Shown in pieces: positions 50,301-59,300 of a stretch of 64,000 nucleotides of DNA. This stretch comes from Burkholderiales bacterium (GTDB lineage: Bacteria; Patescibacteriota; Minisyncoccia; Phycocordibacterales; UBA9973). The stretch's first letter is position 1. Each line of letters starts with the position of its first letter. The stretch covers positions 177,167 to 241,166 of the forward strand of contig JAMPXW010000002.1 in the NCBI GenBank assembly GCA_023701005.1. Direction: 5' to 3'. The notes under the pieces are model-generated. The model did not search any database, was not told the origin of the DNA, and saw only the letters and a list, made by a program, of their open reading frames with translations. The position numbers and the translations under genes were made by a program.

Positions 50301-53300
50301 GGTTTAGAAGCGGTGGTGGGGATGGGACCGTCAGGATGGCAATTGTAGGAACAACTGGGAATGTCGGTATCGGGACGACGGCGCCAGGAAATCTATTAAA
50401 CATATATAGAAATTCTTCTTCTACACTACCTATAACACGAATAGAAGATGCTGGAACAGGAGATGCATCAATGGCGTTTGCCCTCACAGGAGTAGCTGGG
50501 TTTTCTATCGGTATAGACAATAGCGACGATAATAAGTTTAAAATTTCAGGAAGTGGAACAGATGTGGGGAGTAATCCGTATTTAACTATTTTAGGGACAG
50601 GACCAACAGTAGGTAACGTCGGCATCGGGACGACGAGTCCGGGAACTAAATTACAGATTGTGGATAGTGATGGCTCAAATGGAACGATTGGAGTTGGAAT
50701 AAATTCAAGGGGGACATTTGGGTGGAATAATGCTGGTCAAGGTACTCTAGAGATAAAAAATAATCTTACAAGTGGAAGTCCTAACGCTATTACTTTTTGG
50801 GCTGCTCCAACCAGTGGAACTGTTGCTGAGATGATGCGTATTCAAGGAAATGGCAACGTCGGTATCGGAACGACAGCACCGGGGGCAAAATTAGAAGTTG
50901 TAGGAAATACATACATATCTGGAATAAGTTCAGGAACTGGAAATAGGCTTTCTTTTGATACTACGGGAGGGGCGGCTTCTAACTGGATCGGCACAACGAA
51001 TGATTATTGGACATCAATAGTCAATGGAAGAGGTTCAGGATCAAGAATAGATTTAGCTACTAATGATATAAGGTTTACCTTTGGTTCAGATGTGGGAAAT
51101 ATGCTTTTAAAAGCAAATGGGAATCTCGGAATTCAGACAGTTTCTCCTGTTGCAAATTTCCAAGTATCACAAAGCAGCACAGGCGTAGGCACAGTCACCA
51201 CAAATGGAACAACAACATTAACAGGTTCAGGAACACAATTTACAAATACATTTAAAGTTGGAGACACTATCACAGTATCTGGAGAAACAGTGAGAACTAT
51301 TGCCACCATTGTGAGTGATACTAGTTTGACTACGACTGTCGCCTTCTCTACTACTGCTTCTTCCCTTTCATACACCCTCACTGGTGGAGACAGGTTTGTT
51401 GTTAAGGGTAATGGAAATGTTGGGATTGGAACGACGGCACCAAATAAAACATTACACGTAATAGGTGATGTTCGTGGTGGAGCTTATTATAATAATAATT
51501 CTGGAGATGGTTGGTTAATTAATCAAGATTCAGGAACAAATAGAGGATTGTATTATTACAACACAACAGGTACGTGGGATTTGTTTGACGGAGGAACTTC
51601 AAAAATTAGTATGGGTATTAACGGAAATATTCAAATGGACGGAATACTCACAGTAAGCGGTACAGGGAATACCACAATCGCCGGCAACGTCGGTATTGGG
51701 ACGACGGCGCCAGTCACTCGTCTAGATGTAAGAGCTTTAAATGCCCTAGATGGAATTACTTTATCAGCTAATTCTGGAGGTTCTTCTGTTTTTAGAATGG
51801 TAAATCCGACTGTATCTAATAATTTACAAATTGGTACTTTGTCTAGTAATGACGTAGACATCATAGCTAATGGTAGTTCCAAGATTACTATTCTAAACGC
51901 AAACGGCAACGTCGGGATAGGAACCACATCCCCTGCACAAAAATTAACTATCAGTGGTGGAAATATCGGAATACTTGGACAACAAGATTTAATGCTTTAC
52001 GATTCTGATAGTTCACATTATAGTGGATTCCAAGCACATGCGACAACTACAAGTAATTCAATTTACACAATGCCAGCAGCCTTCCCTGGCTCTACTTCCT
52101 TCATGAAAACAGATTCAGCTGGAAATCTTTCTTGGGATACAAGCACTTATATAACAGGCAACCAATCTATCTCATTATCTGGTGATGCTTCAGGTTCAGG
52201 AACGACAGCAATAACAGTGACAAATAATTTATTAACCAAAGAAGACAATAGAACAATCTCTCCAAGCGAACTCACAACAGGGAAAATGCGTTTCGGATTT
52301 ACAAGTTGGGCAAACAATGACAGCTCCCCTTATGCAGATTTCTTGCATTTGAGAAGTTATACTGATGCATCAGGAGGAACAGATAATTTAGTAATGTTCA
52401 ACAAGAGTGTAATAGCAATGAGAATTTATCAACAGACTTACGGCTCCGCTACAGCATATTCTTCTTACAGAGATGTATTAACGACAGACACAGGTACAGG
52501 AGGCACAGCAAATTATATTCCTAAATTTACTGGTGGAACAACATTGGCAAATTCTTTAATGTTTGATAATGGAACAAATGTCGGTGTTGGGACAACAGCA
52601 CCTTCATATAAATTAGATGTCAGTGGACAAATTAGAGCAAATGCTGGTGCTGGTGTAGCAGGAATATTTACAAGTACAGCCGATTATCAATTAGCTTTAT
52701 CAAGTTCTGACAGTTGGACCGGAATTGGCTTCGATGATTCTGGAGCAATAAATGATTCTATTTGGTATCAAGGTACTACTGGAACATTCGCAATCGGTGG
52801 AGGTGGAAGTAGCGGAGTCACTAGTAAGAAATTACACATAGATGGTGCAACGACAATCGGTGCAAACTATGATGCCACAGCAATACCAACCAACGGATTA
52901 AGAGTCGAAGGTCAAACTTGGCTAGATAGTAACGTCGGTATCGGGACGACAAATCCTTTTCAAAAATTTGAAATAGATTTAGACCCTACAAATACAACTC
53001 AACCTACTGGAATTAACGGAACTGGAACAGATCCTCACACAGGAATGTTTATTCTAGGTACCGGAAATGCAAACAATGAAAAACTCGGCCTACAAATCGG
53101 TTTGTGGAGTAACGGTACAAACAAATATAGTATTGGAGGATTGTTTGGGGTAATGACTTCTGCTTCTGGAAACACCATCGGTGATTTAACTTTTGATCTA
53201 AGATCAAATGTAAATGACTCTTACCTAACAGAAAGAATGAGAATAACAAATGCCGGTAATTTAGGAATTCAAACTGCCTCTCCTGTCGCAAATTTCCAAG

Positions 53301-56300
53301 TCTCTCAAAGCACTACCGGGGTAGGAACTGTCGCAACGAATGGAACGACGACATTAACGGGGACAGGAACACAATTTACAAATACTTTTAAAGTTGGAGA
53401 CACTATCACAGTATCTGGAGAAACAGTCAGAACTATCGCTACTATCGTAAGTGATACAAGTTTGGCTACGACTGTTGCCTTCACTACTACTGCTTCCTCT
53501 CTTTCATACACTCTTACTGGTGGAGATAGATTTGTTGTTAAGGGTAATGGAAATGTGGGCATAGGGACGACAGCGCCAAATAAAACATTACACGTAATAG
53601 GTGATGTTCGTGGTGGAGCTTATTATAATAATAATTCTGGGGATGGTTGGTTAATTAATCAAGATTCAGGAACAAATAGAGGATTATATTATTACAATAC
53701 AGCAGGTACGTGGGACTTATTTGACGGAGGAACTTCAAAAATTAGTATGGGTATTAATGGAAATATTCAAATGGACGGAATACTCACAGTAAGCGGTACA
53801 GGAAATACCACAATCGCCGGCAACGTCGGTATCGGGACGACGGCACCAGGAGCAAAACTTCAAGTTCAGGGTGCAATAAAAATACAAAATATAGTACCTT
53901 CATCTCCAGATCAAAACTTTAGAAGAATGATAAATGTCGCTTCATATCAAGGCGGAGGAACAATACGAACTGGAATCCTTACTGTAAAATTACCTACTCC
54001 CCTTGTTCATTCAATGGGAAAAATAAAAATAAGTGGTTGGAGTTATGGGCAATCTTGGGAAATTGATGTATCGGGATATATGCACCCTGGCACTGGTAGC
54101 GGATGGACACAAGTCGGTGGAACCGTTGTTTCAGGAAATCCACCATTCTCCCCGCATCAAGTAAAACTCGTCGCAGAAACGACAACTACAGATACTTTCT
54201 ATGTTTTGCTTGGTAATGCATCAACAAATTGGGGATATTATGCTAGCGTCGGTGTCGATGTTGATAGCTATTATTCAGACGGTCTTGGGTCAACTGGATG
54301 GGATATTAGTATCGCTGCCGCAGAACCAGCTTATGACACCTCGATCGTTCCAACAGTTTCTTCATATGGAAGTAGCAATGCTTTAATTTCTGGCAACGTG
54401 GGTATCGGGACGACAGCACCAATAAGAACTTTAGAAGTAAATGGCGGGATACAAGCATCCTCTGCTGGTTTTTATTTAGGTACTAATAGTGCTTTAGCTC
54501 AAAGTTCTTCAACTATAAAATTAGGTTGGGTTGATAGAGGAGAATTAGCAAATACTTTTATAACTCAAATCTTTTCAGGAGGAACAGGAACGACAACAAC
54601 TCCAACGATGACATTAAACGGAAATGTCGGTGTTGGTATAACAAATCCTATATACAAACTTGATGTATCACAAACAACTGTAAACAATGGTTCAGGGGTA
54701 AATGTCGTAGTTGGTAATTTTAATTCTACTGTCACAGCAGGCTCAGGAGCAGCAAATGCTGGAAGTGCAATATTAAGAGTTTCCGTAGCAGGAGGCCCTC
54801 ATGCTACGGACATAGAACAAAATGATGGAGGTTCTGCTCCATTCAGATACGGAACATACATGGATACAAACATCGTAAATAAAGATGTAAGTTCTGGTGC
54901 TTATGGAAATATAAATTTCGTAACTGGAAGTAGTACCAGTACTTCTAGTGTGGTGATGACGATAGGTGGAGGAACACAAAAAGGATTTGTAGGAATAGGT
55001 GCCACACCTACTTCTAAATTAAGTATCCAAAATAATGGTGCTTCCGACAACATTCTAAGCAATTATGCTATTACAAACGGAAATAATGCCGCAACTTTCA
55101 GAACGAGTGACACTGGTCCAATATTCGGAATTCATGCACAAAACAATGGTGCTATCTATATAAAAGATACAAGCGATAACGTACTATTCTATGGTAGTAA
55201 CGGTGGCAACGTCGGTATAGGGACAACGGCACCAGGAGTGACTCTAGATGCCTATGGAAGAATTCGAGCAGGGACAAGCTATAGAACAACAATATTTGGA
55301 GACGGAACAGGCTCAAAAATAATGCTCGGCTCAGAGTCCGACGAGGATTCCTTGGCGGTAATTGGATCATTTGGTACATCTTTACAATTAGATAGTTACA
55401 ACGGTCCAATCGTATTTAAATATTCAAGTGCTGAAAAAATGCGAATAGGAACCGATGGCAACGTCGGTATTGGGACAACAGCACCTGCTTCTCGTTTGCA
55501 TGTATCTACGTTGAGTTCTAATGATGGAGCTTTAGGACAACGTTGGTCTTATAATGGAGGAGATAGTTCCTATTATTTAGATCTAAAACAGACGGTCACC
55601 GCTGGCATAGTACGATGGAATTTCTCACAACTTAATAATGGGACAGCATACAATAATGTATTGGTTCTAGATAGAGGCAACGTCGGCATCGGGACGACGG
55701 CGCCAGGAACAAAAGTAGACGTAATCGGTGGCGACTTGCAAGCAAGCGGATTCGGACATTTTAAAGGTTGGAATACTGCAGGAGCTACTGGCTTAGGATT
55801 AGATGTTGGTATAAGTTCAAATCAAGGTTATATTATGGCATATGATAGGACTGCCTCAACTTATTATCCACTTAGAATCGTAGCTTCTAACAACACAGGA
55901 TCTGATGGATTAACATTAGCAACAAATGGCAACGTCGGTATCGGGACAACGGCACCAAGTAGAAAATTAGATGTCGCTGGATCAATAGTTGTCTCTGCTA
56001 ATGAAGTATGGTTTGCAGATAATACCGTAGCTCGTTTTGGCAAACAGGCTGACCATGGAACAATAATAAAAGCAGCAACAGGTACAACAAACGATTTTGC
56101 ATTGGCCGCACCTACAGGTTCTATATTAATGCAAAACCCAACAGCAACAGCAAACCTAGCATTTATGGCTGGTAATCTTGGTATCAATACAACAAATCCA
56201 AAAAATAAGTTAGATATTTATTTCAGTTCAGGAAATTATAGTGCTACAGCTTACAACGCTTCCCCTCTTGTATTGAGCACTCCTGATTATGCAACAGATT

Positions 56301-59300
56301 CAAAATTCTCAGGAATAAGATTTACAAATGTTAGTGGCAATAGAGAATCAATGTTTGGCACAGTGCAAACATCCCAAAACCAAGCTGATTTTGTTTTCCA
56401 AGGTTACAATGCAACAGCAGTTGCCTATCAAGAATATTTGAGAATAAAAAATGACGGAAAAGTCGGTATCGGGACGACGGCACCATCAAGCAATCTAACG
56501 ATGGTTGGTGCTAATGGAGGAATGACTGAATTCAGTATTTTTGATTACGCAGGAACAGTCGCAGGTTTCCAAATCAGATATGATGACAGCACTGGTGCAA
56601 CTTATTTAGATAATAGATACGATAATGCAAGTGGAGATATATTTATAAGGACAAAAACTTATGGGACAGCCGTAAATGCACTTACAATAGAAAGTGCTGG
56701 AAACATCGGTATCGGGACGACAGCACCTGGAAGTATCTTGCATTTGAATGTAGCTTCAGGAGTCCCTTATCAAACATTTTCTGTCGCCAATACACCGTTT
56801 GGATATGTTGGGGCAGCGGGTGCATTTTTCTCTGGACAAGGAACTAATTTCGGATTATATGGTGGTGGTAGTAGTAATATTATGATTGGAGCTCGCAATA
56901 GTGCTGATCTTACAATAGCAACTTCTGGTAACGTCGGTATCGGGACGACGAGCCCAGGACAAAAATTAAGTGTTGTTGGAAATATTGACCTCAGCGGTTC
57001 TATCGGCGGAACTGGTATGTTGTATATAGGAAAATCTGGAACAAAAACTGGCTTAGCTTATGATTCTTCAAATCAAAATTACGGTATCTTTTATACAGAA
57101 GGAGCTACCGATGCTGTTTCTATAGCTCCTAACGGTGGAGGAGACACGACTCCTGTCGCATACTTTAGTGGTAATGGCAACGTCGGCATCGGGACGACAG
57201 CACCAGCATCAGCTCTGTCTCTCGTTGGAGATATCGCCCTAACCTCTGGCGGTTATATATATGGAGACAACACAGATCCACATATTAAATTACATGCTGC
57301 ATTTGGTGCTATTATTGGATATTCAACAAATGAACTTTATATAGGTAGCGATTACAGCTTTTTGACTAATGGAACAACAAAAATGAAATTAAAAAATAAT
57401 GGCAATCTTGGTATTGGAACTGCTTCTCCTACTGCGAACTTGCAAGTCGCACAGATTTCTTCTGGGGTTGGAACTGTTTCAAACACCGCAGGTGGAACAA
57501 CAGTCACTGGAGTCGGCACACAATTCTTAAATACTTTCAAGGTTGGAGACACTGTGACGATCGGAGGGCAAACAGTCGCTATTTCTGCGATAGCGAGTGA
57601 CACTAGTATGACAACTGCAGCCATAACAAATGCAAACACAAATGTTGCATACACATTGACAGGAGCTGTAAGATTTTCAGTTTTAGGAAATGGCAATGTG
57701 GGAATAAGTACTACAGCACCTGGAGAATTATTATCTCTCGGTACAGCAGGCACCACAAAAGGTGTGCTTTCATTAGCAGGAAATACTTCTGGAAAAATAA
57801 TTATCCAACCAGCAGCCGCTGCAGGAACATACACACTCACCCTCCCTACTACCGATGGAGATGCCAGCCAAGTGTTGACGACTGATGGATCTGGAGTTTT
57901 GTCTTGGGCTTCAGCAGGAGGATCTTCTCAATGGACGACGACTGGTTCAAATATTTATTACAATACTGGTAATGTCGGCATCGGGACGACAGCACCAACT
58001 GCCAGACTTCATATAAAAGAAGCAATTTCTACCACAGTTGAAGGCTTAAGAATAGAAGATTCAACTGCGACGGGTGGATATTTAAAACTTTCAGATGCCT
58101 CTAGTGTAAGTGGACATTTCATTCCTTCTTTCTGGTCAAAAGGAATAGGTACAGGAGCAGCAGACAGAAATGGTTTTATGATAGTGGCTGAACCAGGGGA
58201 AGATGGAGCAGATGATGCAGGCATAGTATTGAATGCTCGTCTGAATGGTGCTGCTTTAACAAATGCTTCGGTATTAAAAATACAAAATTATGCTACTGAA
58301 CTAATGAGAATTGGTGCTAGTGGAAATGTCGGAATTGGAAACACAAATCCAGGATACAAATTAGATATTGCCGGAAATATAAATCTCCAAGCATCAGGGT
58401 ATCTAAGAACAGGTTCAGGTGACACAGAAATAGGTGCCTCAAGTACAGATTGGTATGTAAAAACATATGGTGGAGGAGCATTAACAGAAAGAATAAGAGT
58501 AACGAGTACAGGAAATGTAGGAATAGGAACCAACAGTCCACTAGAAAAATTAACTGTCCAAAACGGTAGCATCCTTGCTTCTAATGGAACAATATATGCA
58601 CAACCACAATCATTAACAATTTTTTCCAACTCAGCATCTACTTCAAACTCTCCAACTGGATATGTTTACCAATCATTCACGCCAACAACTGATATGCTAG
58701 CCACCGCATTAAGTGTAAATTTGTATAAACCTGGAGGTATTAGTACAATTTATTATATCTATACAGCAAACGGTGATGCTCCAGACCAATCATTGGGATT
58801 TGCTATGTCAGGGACAACAGAAGTTATGGGGTGGACTAGATTAAATCTTGATACCCCAATAGCTCTTAAAGGTGGAACAAAATACGTTTTATATGTAATG
58901 CAATCTTCAGGATATATAAAATACTCAAATACAGATGTATATTCTGGTGGTGTTTCAAGCGTGGGAGCAAGTAATGATATGCTATTTCGAATAGAGGGTT
59001 CTGTATCTAATGTAATCTCTGCTTTTTCAACGTCTACAACAAATGGATCAGCTAACTCTTACCAATCATTCACAACAACAACCGATATGCTCGTTACTGC
59101 AATCAGTGCAAATATTTACAAACCTGGTGGAAATTATGCATATTATTACATCTATACAGCAAACGGTGATACCCAAGACCAAGCATTGGGCTATGCGATA
59201 TCAGGGACAGCAGAGGCTGGAGGGTGGACTAGACTAGAATTGCCTAGCCCCATAGCCTTAAAAGCAAATACAAAATATGTCTTATATTTCACTATTACTG

